The notes beneath the pieces were generated by a model, which saw nothing but the letters and a program-made list of their open reading frames with translations, was not told the DNA's origin and did not search any database. Positions 31,726 through 43,700 of a DNA stretch of 64,000 bases are shown in pieces (the first letter of the stretch is position 1; each line of letters opens with the position of its first letter). Where the stretch lies: contig NC_059440.1 of assembly GCF_021028975.2 (NCBI RefSeq), forward strand, positions 10,974,001-11,038,000, read 5' to 3'. Position numbers and translations under genes: made by a program. The stretch comes from Sphaerodactylus townsendi. Its lineage: Eukaryota.

Positions 31726-34700
31726 AGCTATCCTTTACTACAGGGGGTTGCAACCTGCGGCTCTCCAGATGTTCATGGACTACAAATCCCATCAGCACCT
31801 GCAAGCATGGCCAATTGGTCATGCTGGCAGGGCTGATGGGAATTGTAGTCCAACATCTGGAGAGCCGCAGGTTGCAGACCCCTGTTCTACTACAACCTTT
31901 TTAGTGAGAGTGGCTGATGCTTTGGGGGCGCCCTGTTGCAAGACGCTTTTGGATCTCCGAAAGCCCCGCTTTTTCTCTTCTCCAGCAGTAGTTTAGACTA
32001 TGCCTGCCAAACATAAGCGAGTCTCTCTGGCACTGCCAGGCTGCGCTTTTGACTTTGCTCCAGTAGTCGAATAGGGTGAACTTATCACAGTTTTCGTTTA
32101 TAAGTTGCTTTGGGTCACCTCACAATCCAGGAACATCAAATATATGTAATAACACCGTCATGATCTCTAGGCTGTGATATGTGCGGTGTGAAACTTAATC
32201 TCATGTTGGAGTCCTGGTAATCCAGCATGGGACAAACTGGTCCCTGCATGGAAGGGGATGTTGGATTCTGTCATGTGATCCTTTCGTACATTTAAACGTA
32301 GGATTGGTCAGTGATTTCCAGTTGTACCCCGGGATCTCTCCTCTCAAAATGTAAACCATGTGTAGAAGCTTCACATCTATTGTACAAATAAGATTCTTTG
32401 ATGGTGATATATGTACCTACACATGTATATAAAATACACAGGGTATACACGTGCTTGTGTTGGTGTAGCTTATTTTAAGATCTTTAATTGTGCTTTGCCT
32501 TAAGATGTTAGTGGTAATTCCCATTTTGCTGCTGGGAACACAGGATGAGAGAAGGACATGTCAGAGGCCATGCTGTGAACATTTTAGAGACGGAGCTTGA
32601 AGTTTGGCTCTAACTCCCCTGATTGTGAACTCTTTGGCCACTAGCTGATATAGAGCTAGAGGTGCATGAGAAGTCCACACATTTTGCTGTGCACTTAATC
32701 CTTGCATTGGGTTGTAGCTCTTTTTAGGGACATAAATCCATTTAATTTTGTTAAACCTAACTCTTTTCATCTAACCATGGAATCTTACTACAGAATAAAG
32801 GGTTGAGGCCGAGAGAGCAACTTGGTCCAAAGCCAGTAATTCTAGTCGAGGGGAGGACTGGGAACTCTCACAGTTTCTGAGCTGTGTTGCCTCTCAGCTC
32901 TGCAGCACAAGGGTTCCTTGATTAAACATTGCCTGAAATCTTAAATGAATCCTGAAAACCAAGTGACGTCTGCATCCTATCACCGGCAAGTGACTATGGC
33001 TTCATTCTATCCCAGCAGTACAGCTGAAAAGCACCCAGATCCCCGTTCCCCCACATACACTTGAACCTATAGCAGCTTGGTGGTCTTTGAGGGGCTCACC
33101 CTACCCTTAAAAAAAATATTGCAGAACCTGAGAAGGTGCAGAAAAGAGTAACCAAGATGATCGGCAGGGCTAGAGCAACTGACCTATAACATTTAGGACT
33201 GTTGAGCTTAGAAAAAGAGGGTAGGGGGAGACATGATAAAAGGTCTATAAAATTTTGCAAGGCATGAAGAAAGTGGACAGGGAGAAGCGTTTCTCACTCT
33301 CATAATAACTAGAACGCGGAGTCATGTACTAAAGGATGAGAGATTCAAAACAGACAAAAGGAAGTATTTCTTCACAAAGTCCATAGTTAAATTGTGGAAC
33401 TCCTTGCTCCAGCCTGTGGCAACAGACACCAACTTGGAAGGCTTTTAAGAGGATATGTTCATGGAGGATAGGGCTGTCTGTGGCTACCAATCAAAATGGA
33501 TTCTAGCTGTGACGTTAACCTGTTCTCTCCAGTTTCAGAGGAGTTTGTCGATTATATTAGGTGCTGTGAAACACAGGGAGAATAGTGCTGCTGCAGTTGT
33601 CTTTTTTGTGGACTTCCTAGAGGCATCTGGTTAGCTACTGTGTGAACAGACTGCTGCACTTGATGAGCCATGGTTTGATCTAACACGGTTTATATGTTCT
33701 CAGCAATAATTGCTTCAAAACTAATCAGGTGGATTTGCAGCCTGCTCATTGGAAGGACTGACATTTCTTGATACTCTGCACTATAAAAGAAATAAACAAA
33801 TAGGCTCAAAAGCTTTGTTTGTTACAAGTTCATATATTTTAGTATTTACTCTTGGTAGTAGCAGTGACAATTAGATGAACCTTTATCTGTGGCAATTAGA
33901 TGAACCCTTCGTTTACATTAATTAAAAATAAATTTCAAGGCTGACCGCCGAGTCAGTTGAAGCCCTGCTCAGGAGTTAAGCAAACCTTGCCTAATAAACC
34001 TTGTACCAATAGTCACCTTGTTTGTTCCAGAACCCTGCCATGCCAGGGTTCTGTTGCCGTGGACACAACTTCCCCCAGTGTTCTGATACCTGGAAGCTGA
34101 GAACAGAGGTACCTGGCATTCATTGTATCCTGCAGGTTGGTAGTGGCACACAGAGCTAACCAGTGGGAGGCATCTGATGCAGTTGGGATGTTCTCTCCTG
34201 CAGAAGGTCAGTTCTGGCTCTGCCATAGCGATTCTGGGCAGGTGTGATACAGCATTACAATGGGATTTGTAATACCCCCACTATACTATGAAATTTGCTT
34301 GAGTGACCTTGGGCTACTCACGTACTCTTAGCCTAACCTATCAATGGGATATGAAGATGAAAGGGGGAAAGGAGAATCACATGTGTCTTGAAATCTTTAC
34401 AGGGAAGGGCAGAATTAAAATGTAGAGATGGATAGAAAACAAACAGGAATATTTTGGGACCTGCAGAAGAAGTGGTTACTTGGTTCACAACCATTAATGG
34501 TTGTGGAGAGCTAGATATACGTTTAAAATAGTAGATGCTAATATTTGATTTATTGGGATGTGGAATAAACAGCATCACGTTTTGGTACCTGTCCTGTCAG
34601 GTGTTCATAAGACAACTTCAGAGTAATAACTGGCCACCAGCTTCGAAGTTGTCCAAGCAGCAAACACATCCTTGGTTGTTCCAGCACTGAAATGGAAAAG

Positions 34701-37700
34701 GTATGAGCAAGGGCTGTAGATCTACAGGGAATTGCTCAGAAGGTCCCAGGTTGACTCTTGCCTGGCCCTGGCCCTTGGCAGGTTCAGCTTCTTGTAATCA
34801 GAGGCTCAATCCATACTTACCAGAAAGTGTTTGATAAAGCAGTGATGGAGCAAAATACAAGTAATAGGCTCTTCTTGAACGGATTTAGGTTGGTGTGCTG
34901 TCTCAACCCAGAAGACATCTGAAGAAGAAGAAGAGGAGGAAGAGTTTGGATTTATATCCCCCCTTTCTCTCCTGAAGGAGACTCAAAGGGGCTTACAATC
35001 TCCTTGCCCTTCCCCCCTCACAACAAACACCCTGGGAGGTGGGTGCGGCTGAGAGAGCTCCGAAAAGCTGTGACTAGCCCAAGGTCACCCAGCTGGCGTG
35101 TGTGGGAGTGCCCAGGCTAATCTGAATTCCCCAGATAAGCCTCCACAACTCAAGTGGCAGAGCTGGGAATCAAACCCCTTTCCTCCAGATCAGAGTGCAC
35201 CTGCTCTTCGCCACTGCTGCTCTGAGATGTTTGTTGGTTGCCGTTTCTGTCTTGAAAGTTTTCAAAGCAATAAACAACATCTAACTTACAAAAAAAAGTA
35301 TTGTGGAGAAGATATGAAGGAATTTGAAGTGCAAGCAGCTGCCTTTTTTAGGCTTAGTAGGGCAGCCATTATGAAAGAAACAAGGCATTCAGAGGCAAGT
35401 GAGTGCTTGTAATTGTTGCCAGTTTTCCATCTGTTCAGCTCCTGTATGGCCTTTTTCTTTGTCTTCTGTATGACCAGCCACTCGCATGTGCTTTTTGTTT
35501 TGCAGACACCATGAAGGAACCACGACATCGCAAAGACAATAGGCGCCCAGACCTCGAAATCTACAAACCTGGCCTTTCCAGGCTGCGTAACAAGCACACC
35601 CTGGAAAAGCAGGAGCCTTCTGGGCCTGAAGAAGCCAAGGACAGAGTGGCTGAAGACACCAGCGCTTCTGCTGCTCCCATCAAAGGGGAATCTCACGTCT
35701 CTCACGACCCACAAGGGAGAAGCAAGCAGGATTCAAATATCCCCTCTGAACAGGGTGTTGGGACAGGACCCCCTGCAGACCAGGTGAATGTCCCTGAGAC
35801 CTGGTGCCCAAAGATTATCAGGCGAGTCAAGAAACCAGATCAGCAGATCTACCAGCCTGGGAAACGGCTGCAAAGCTTGTCCAAGGAGGCCATCAGCCAG
35901 TCTGCTACTAAGGAATCTTCCGCTAAGGGAGAGGAGGAGGATGACCCTGAAAGGGATACTGGGAAAAGTAATAACGGCTGCAGAAAGCAGGCAACCCAAG
36001 AGGCCAGGGAAGGGAACCGAAGCAAAGAAGGAACCAAACCTGCCCATGGGGAGAAAGGCAGGCGAGCTGAGCCAGCGGACAGAGCCAAGAAGGGCAGCGC
36101 TGATGTGGCCCACGGCAAACTGAGCACTCCCAAGCGTTATTCTCGATCTGACAAGCGCCGGAACCGATACCGCACCTGCAGTACCAGTTCAGCTGGGAGC
36201 AACAACAGCACGGACGGAGTCCGGGGAGAGGCAGAGGCAGAGAAGAGGCGACAAGAGTTGGCCAAGGAAAAGCCTCGTCCCCGGAAGCAGCTCTCTACAT
36301 CGTCCACAGACTCCCTCGATGATGACAGGACCGTGGAGGCAGACACGCGTGGCCCCAGAAGGGACCCAGAGACCAAACGGGGCTTGAACCACAGGACCAC
36401 TGATGGGAAGGAGGCCAGAGGAGCCCAGCACGGTGGCAGGACTGCAAACAGGGAGTTCTTCTGTATGACAGATGGGGACCAGCAGAAGCGCAAGCTATCT
36501 GGTGCCAGTTTAAGTGACTCTACAGAGACCGGAGGGGGGAAGGGCTTGAGGAGGGAGCCCCCCGGGAGGGGCCGGGGCATCCTGGTCCTCCCAGCTAACA
36601 TGGACCTTACCACTAGTGGCACTGGCTCTCCCGAGGCTCCTCACTCTGGATCCAGGCTGCTCTTTGGAGGTGGCAGCAAAGGGACCCGGGGCAGGGGCCG
36701 GGGGGGCACTGCCCGCCGCCTCTGGGACCCCAATAATCCAGACCAAAAGCCAGCACTGAAAAGTCAGACCACCCAGTTGCACTTCCTAGACACGGATGAC
36801 GAGGTGGCTCCTGTGCCTCGGGGTGACACTCGCCAGGCCCCCTTCTACAGGTTCCAGAACTCGGATAACCCCTACTACTATGGGCGTCCCGTGGGCCAAA
36901 CCTCCTCGTACCCGTACCCAGGATATTCACTGCAGTATCCGGTGGCCCCCAGCAACGGGGTTTTCCCTGGTGCCTATTACCCTGCTGGCTACCCCAGCCA
37001 GGTGGAGCCTTATCTCTGTATCCCCGTCCTGGCCAGTCCTCGGAACCTCGAGATGGAGCAGCAGATGCGTGGCCTACACCAGCAGGAAATCTCTACGCTC
37101 CTTCGTGAAGCCAGCAACCTGGAGCAGCAGCTGAGCAATCTCCTTTCCAGGGACCGGCTCAGTCTTGAGGGCCTGGAGAAGATGGGGCAACTCAGGTTTG
37201 AGGCTTGCTTTCAGTGGTGGGGGAAGGAGTGGAGATGAGGCCATTGACTGGAAACGATGGGGGAGTAGAGGGCTGGGGTAGTAACAGTTGCTGGTTCTGT
37301 TTGGCTGTCTGTGTGGTATAGCACAAGAACTACCGTGTTTCCCTGAAAACAAGACCCACCCCAAAAATAAGCCCTATCATGATTTTTCAGGATTTTTGGA
37401 GGAGGCTTAAAATATAAGCCCTGCTCCAAAAATAAGCCCTACTAGTAGTTACAGATCAGGATGGTGTGATCCAGCAGGGTGCTCCCTGCCAATGAGGATG
37501 CAGCATACATTACACGTGACAGGGAAGCAACAGGGCTGTTGAGAGCCGATGAATGGTGACAGTACCATATTTCCCCTAAAATAAGGCCTACACCGAAAAT
37601 AAGCCCTAATGCATCTTTTGGTTCAAAAATTAATATAAGACCCTGTCTTATTTTCGGGGAAACACCGTATGTCCAGCCTACTAGGGAAAGCAATAAGGGC

Positions 37701-40700
37701 TCCCCAGTGGCTTATTCCAATTTAGGACTTGTTCAGGCATTCAGGGAAAGGAGGGAACAGAGTCCTGAGTGGGTTGAATGGACTGCAGCACATTCGACTA
37801 CAAAAGAAAGGCTGCTTGTTTCAACACTCCCTTGTGTTAAAACTTCGTTGTAAAGAGAAAAGCAGCACAGCCACCAAGTAGCAGAGGTCACTGTCGTGGC
37901 GAGCTAGTTGTGTATTTGCAGGGAGCTTTTCTGTGTGAAGGGATATTCAGATCTGGGATCTACATATAGCGAGTGCGTTCTTTCACCTCGGGGCTCTTTG
38001 TTCGCCATCATTCATCTCTGCCTTGGCTCTTGTGTTTTGCTCCAAGGAGAGCAGGGTGGCATTTGTGGGTTCGCCACTCTTGGTCCTGACAGCAGCTTTG
38101 CGTATATCTTTGCCTGGTTCAAGATCACTCAATGAGGAGAGTTTGAATGCAGGTCTTCCCACCCTTTATCTAGCTGCTTCATCTAGCTATGAAGCTAGGA
38201 GCAGCAGTGCCGTAGTGGTTAAGAGCAGGTGTACTCTAATCTGGAGGAACCGGGTTTGATTCCCCGCTCTGCCGACTATGATGGGGAATTCAGATTAGAC
38301 TGTGCACTCCCAACACATGCCAGCTGGGTGACCTTGAGCTAGTCACAGTTCTTCTGAGCTCTCTCAGCCCCACCCACCTCACAAGGTGTTTGTTGTGAGG
38401 GGGGAAGGGTAAGGAGTTTGTAAGCCCCTTTGAGTCTCCTACAGGAGAGAAAGGAGGGATATAAATCCACCTTCTTCTTTCTTTTTTTCTTTTTTCTTCT
38501 ATGCCATACTTGCTATGAAGGATATGTCACCTCTGTATTGTTTGCCTACTTTTCATGCCTGTAATAAGCTCATCCCATTGTTCAATGAGGTCAGGGGAAT
38601 CCTTCAGTACTTTTTGGTGAAGAAAGCCATCCATCCTGCTCTTTGCATTACCCAGAGTTAGCAAGGGGCACCATGCTCTGTCCCAAACTCAGCTCCTCTC
38701 CAAGCAAGGCTGGGAGAAGGAACAAGCAGAAGATGGTGAAGAGTCTGTTTGTTATACAGACTGGCAAGAAAGTCAGGATAAGAACAGGAGGTCTCTCCTA
38801 CCCCCTGGTGCAGAGAGACTTCTTTAATTCATCTGGTTGTTTCTCCTGCAGTCAAAGGTACTCTTATTTCACACCCCATCCCAGCTCAGGACTTGCTCCT
38901 GACTGAGTTCACATGAAGAGAGTTTGGATTTATAAAAAAACCCTTTCTCTCCTGTAAGGAGACTCAAAGGAGCTTACAATCTCCTTTCCCTCCCCCCCAC
39001 CCCACCCCACCCCACAACAAACAGGCTGTGAGGTACGCGGGGCTGAGAGATCTCAGAACAACTGTGACTAGCCCAAGGTCACCCAGCTGCCATGTGTTGG
39101 AGTGCACAAGCTAATCAGGTTCCCCAGATAAGCCTCCACAGCTCAAGTGGCGGAATGGGGAATCAAACCCGGTTCTCCAGATTAGAGTGCACCTGCTCTT
39201 AACCACTACGCCACTGCTGCTCGGCATGGTGTTATGGGAGGAGTGTCTCCCTGTTCTTGAAGAGGAGCTCCTATTTTTTCCCCTCTTAGTTTTTCTCCTA
39301 GTTAGAACAGGTGGAAGGTTGGATCTAGACAAAACTGGCAGTTCCCACCCATTCTTTCTTCACACTGGACCTTCCATGTCATTCTTCAGAGTCCTGTGTT
39401 TCCCAGGGAGGTTGGGGGGAGCTAAAGAGGGACGAGGAAGTCATGGAAATTCCCTTCTGCTGATGGCAAACATAGTGTGGGTCCAAACACATTTAGACTG
39501 TCTTGAAGTTTTTTCATGGGCCCAGCCACAGGTGGCCTCAGCTGCAGTGTCTGCCTGTTGAGCAGCTGTGGGTATGCTTTTCCAGGGCTGAGATGCTGCA
39601 GCTTTACGAACGCTGCCTCCTGATCGACATTGAGTTTGCTGACACCCAGAACGTGGACCAACTTCTGTGGAAGAACGCCTTCTATCAGGTGATCGAAAAG
39701 TTCCGGCAGCTGCTCAAGGACCCCCTTGCCGAGAACAGCCAGGAGCTCCGCAGCAAACTGCTCCAGATCCTGGACGAGGTAACAGGAGGCCCAGCTCCTC
39801 CAGTCTGGTTTGGCTACGGGGTGGTGGTGGTGGAGAACTGGTGTCATCTTAATTGTGTGCCTATGTACATGTCACCTAGTGAAGAGGCGGAGCTACCAGG
39901 GGGCGCGTGTGGGTTGCATTGGGTGTATGTCTAGGGGGCATGGAAAATTCCCCCCCTGCAGCACCCCACTCCCCCGCCCCCCACCCCCATACTTACCTTA
40001 TTGAAACAGTGCAGGCTAGAGAAGCGGCCTGTTCCCTTCAGGCTGGAAACAGCCTGGTGGGAACTACACTTCCCAGGAGACCTTGTGAGCCCCAAGGTCT
40101 CATGGGAAGTGTAGTTCCCACCAGGCCCTTTTCAGCCTGAAGGGAACAGACTGCTTTTCCATGCAAAACTAAGGTAAATGTGGATTTGTGGGGGGGAGGG
40201 GGCACAAAATGCTTTTGAGCACTCTGGCCCAGCTATGCCGGCACAGACTGATGGCTGCCCTTGGTTGTGGCGACTTCAGAGCCAGAATGTAGAGAAAAAT
40301 CCTGAAAAGCCTCAGTTTCTTTAAAATTTCTACCATAAACTGAAGTTTAGTAGTTACACCTAGTCCTTGAGCTTTGTGTCTTACAAGACAGCATAGTAGA
40401 TGTTTTGCAACAGGTGCTCAAATATACATTATATGAACATTGTATATACTGTAGTATGTACTGCAGTTAATCAATAATAACTACAGATATATTGTCAGAG
40501 GGAAATACCTAAATATTCTGGTTCTGAAGGTCAGCAAAAAGAGGGATTTGCTGAGGCCCTAAAACATAAGAACATAAGAACAAGCCAGCTGGATCAGACC
40601 AGAGTCCATCTAGTCCAGCTCTCTGCTACTCGCAGTGGCCCACCAGGTGCCATTGGGAGCTCACATGCAGGATGTGAAAGCAATGGCCATCTGCGGGAGC

Positions 40701-43700
40701 ACCTGGACTGTTAAGGCATTTGCAATCTGAGATCAAGGCAGATCAAGACTGGTAGCCGTAGATCGACTTCTCCTCCATAAATCTATCCAAGCCCTTTTTA
40801 AAGCCATCCAGGTTAGTGGCCATCATCACCTCCTGTGGCAGCATATTCCAAACACCAATCACACGTTGCGTGAAGAAGTGTTTCCTTTTATTAGTCCTAA
40901 TTCTTCCCCCCAGCATTTTCAATGGATGCCCCCTGGTTCTAGTATTGTGAGAAAGAGAGAAAAATTTCTCTCTGTCAACATTTTCTACCCCATGCATAAT
41001 TTTATAGACTTCAATCATATCCCCACTCAAACGTCTCCTCTCCAAACCAAAGAGTCCCAAACGCTGCAGCCTCTCATCATAAGGAAGGTGCTCTAGTCCC
41101 TCAAACAGCAGGAGGACCCTTAAAAGGTCTCTGGAAGCTGGTGAAAACCGTCCAATGAAAATATCCTGTGGTCTTTCTTTGCACCAGCCTGTGTAACTGA
41201 AGGCTCCCACTGCTATGGAGAATGGTGAAGCTGCCCCTCAGATGTACTCCTGGTAATTGGAAGGTGCCTCTTTATTGTCCCCAATATAGACTTCTGACTC
41301 AGTTTAGTAGTTAGAACTGAGAAGCAACTTGCTGAGTCAGCCGTACAAGCTCCCTCAACCAAAGCATCACACACACACACTCTCTCTCTTTCCTCTGGTG
41401 GCGGGCTAATGAATTTGCTGCCTTGTGGTCATGGAGGACAAACACTGCAATCGAATTTGAATCTGGAAAACGCAAGGGCACCCAACTAAATGCAAGGAGG
41501 GGAGCACAGAAGGTTGTTTCAAAGTATTAGCTAGGAAATTAGGGTTAGGGTTAATTCATCTGGCTGTTTCTCCTGCAATCAAATCAGGGCCCCAAGATGT
41601 TGGAAATGGTGGCCAGTTTCCTAGTTAATACTTTGAAATAAACTTCTGGGCTCCCCTCCTTGCATAAATGATGTCTGTATACTCCTGATACTCTTTCCAG
41701 CTGTATCATTATATTAAACCCTATCTGGTGTACATTTTATATTCGATTTTTTCTTTCTGATGCCTAATAAACGTCAAGTTTGAATTTGACCCAACTAAAT
41801 GGGAAATTGGGATAGGCCACTGTTGAAACCTGAGTTGTGACCCACCTGTTCTTTTGTTGGGCTTTGGCTGTGTGGCTTCAGTGTCTCCATTGGACCTACC
41901 TGTGGTTGTTTACTATGAACTGGGCATCTGAAGCGTGGGAGGCCTGACTTCAGTCCAGCACCGCCTGTTTTGTTTTCACGAGGCCCGCCACTGCATTTTC
42001 AGTTTGTCAACCGAGAGACCAAATTCAGGTTCATTTGGTTGTCAGTGGACAGGATGCTGCGGAATCCCGTTTCACCATTCTTGCAGGACAGTGCAGACTG
42101 AGGACATTCTAAGCCATGTTCTTGGCAAGAATCTCAGCTGGGGTGAAGTGGTCCACTGTAGACTAATTAGCAGTCAGCCTTCTGATACCTCCCCGCCCCC
42201 TGCCCCCCCCCTCGCCCCCCAGTCATCAGCAGTTCTAGAGGGAAAATACAGAAGGGTTGCTAGAAGAGAGAGGCTGTCTCTGTGCACGTTAAGGACAGTT
42301 GAATTCTCAGAACATTTTTTCTGTCCATTTTAGAATGCGAAATCTAAGATGATCAGTTCATTGGTCTAGGGCGCTCAGAGTCAGCCTGGGTTGAAAAGTT
42401 CCCTTCTGACAAAAACCGCAGGTTGCTATGCAAACTGTGAAGTTCTGAGAAGTATATAAAGTCCATCCTATCCAATCATTAATTTTTTAAAAAATTAAAT
42501 AGATGTTAATAAACATTGTTTCATAGTCTTATTCGTACATTTAATATTTTGCTTTTAAAAGGCTACATAGGCCTTCAGATGTTTTGGACTCCAATGGTTT
42601 TAAATTTTAAGTTTTCCATTTCGCTGTTTTGTATGTATGTAGTAGTCGGTCAAACACCGTAATAATAAGCTGAACTAATGGCAGAGGTGTTAAGGAGCTC
42701 TGTGCTTCTGAGCTGGAAGTGCTCCTGGCTGTCAGGGATCCTAATTGCCCATGAGAGGGGCCAGAACTAGGTGCTGAGAGTCATCTTCTCCTCCTGACCA
42801 GTGTGGTGTAGTGGTTAAGAGCAGGTGCACTCTAATTTGGAGAACCAGGTTCGATTCCCCGCTCTGCCACATGAGCTGTGAAGGCTTATCTGGGGAACCA
42901 GATTAGCCTGTGCACTCCAGCACACGCCAGCTGGGCTGGTCACAGCTTTTTGGAGCTCTCTGGGCGCCACCCACCTCATAGGATGTTTGTTGTGGGGCGG
43001 GGGGGGGGGGAAGGGAAAGGAGATGGTAAACCCCTTTGAGTCTCCTTATAGGAGAGAAAAGGGGGTATAAATCCAAACTCATCTTCTTCTTTCCTTCGCA
43101 GGGCACACTTTTCTTTGATGGCTTGCTGCAGAAGCTGCAAGTATCTTACAAGTTCAAGCTGGCGGATTACATGGATGGCATGGCTGTTCGCAGCAAGCCC
43201 CTGCAGAAGATGGTGAGTCCTGACGCTGCTCCCGGCCAGAAAAGGCGGTGTGGGGGCTTGCTTCTTCCTCAGTCAGGGGGGCTGGAAGTTTCATGGGTGG
43301 CAGCCACATGGGCCTTTGCAAGGCTATGTCTTAAGGCCAAATTAGATGTGACACAGGGACACTCGTGGCTGACACTGCTGCCATTTTTAAATTGTCTTAA
43401 AAGGCTACAAGAGCTAAGTTTTACTCTCCACGCCCATCACCCTCTTTTCCCCTGCTGTGTTGGCATTTGAAAATATTGCGGGGGGGGGGGGGGGGGGGCT
43501 CTCATTTGGAGCCAAATCAGGATTGAGCCCTCACTCCATTTTAAAGTCATTTTAAGTGGAAGTGGTGTCCGTGCGGATTACTGTCTTGTCTAATCTTGCT
43601 CTTTGAGTTGCGTGAGAACATAAGAAAAGCCACACTGGATCAAATTAAAGGCCGATCATGTCCATCAGTCTGTTTATACAGTGGCCAACTAGATGCCTGT

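Noticed and set aside
35403-37238. 611-aa ORF as a standalone single-exon gene
   Set aside because: It is SMG6 exon 2 (35506-37195) with read-through into flanking intron.
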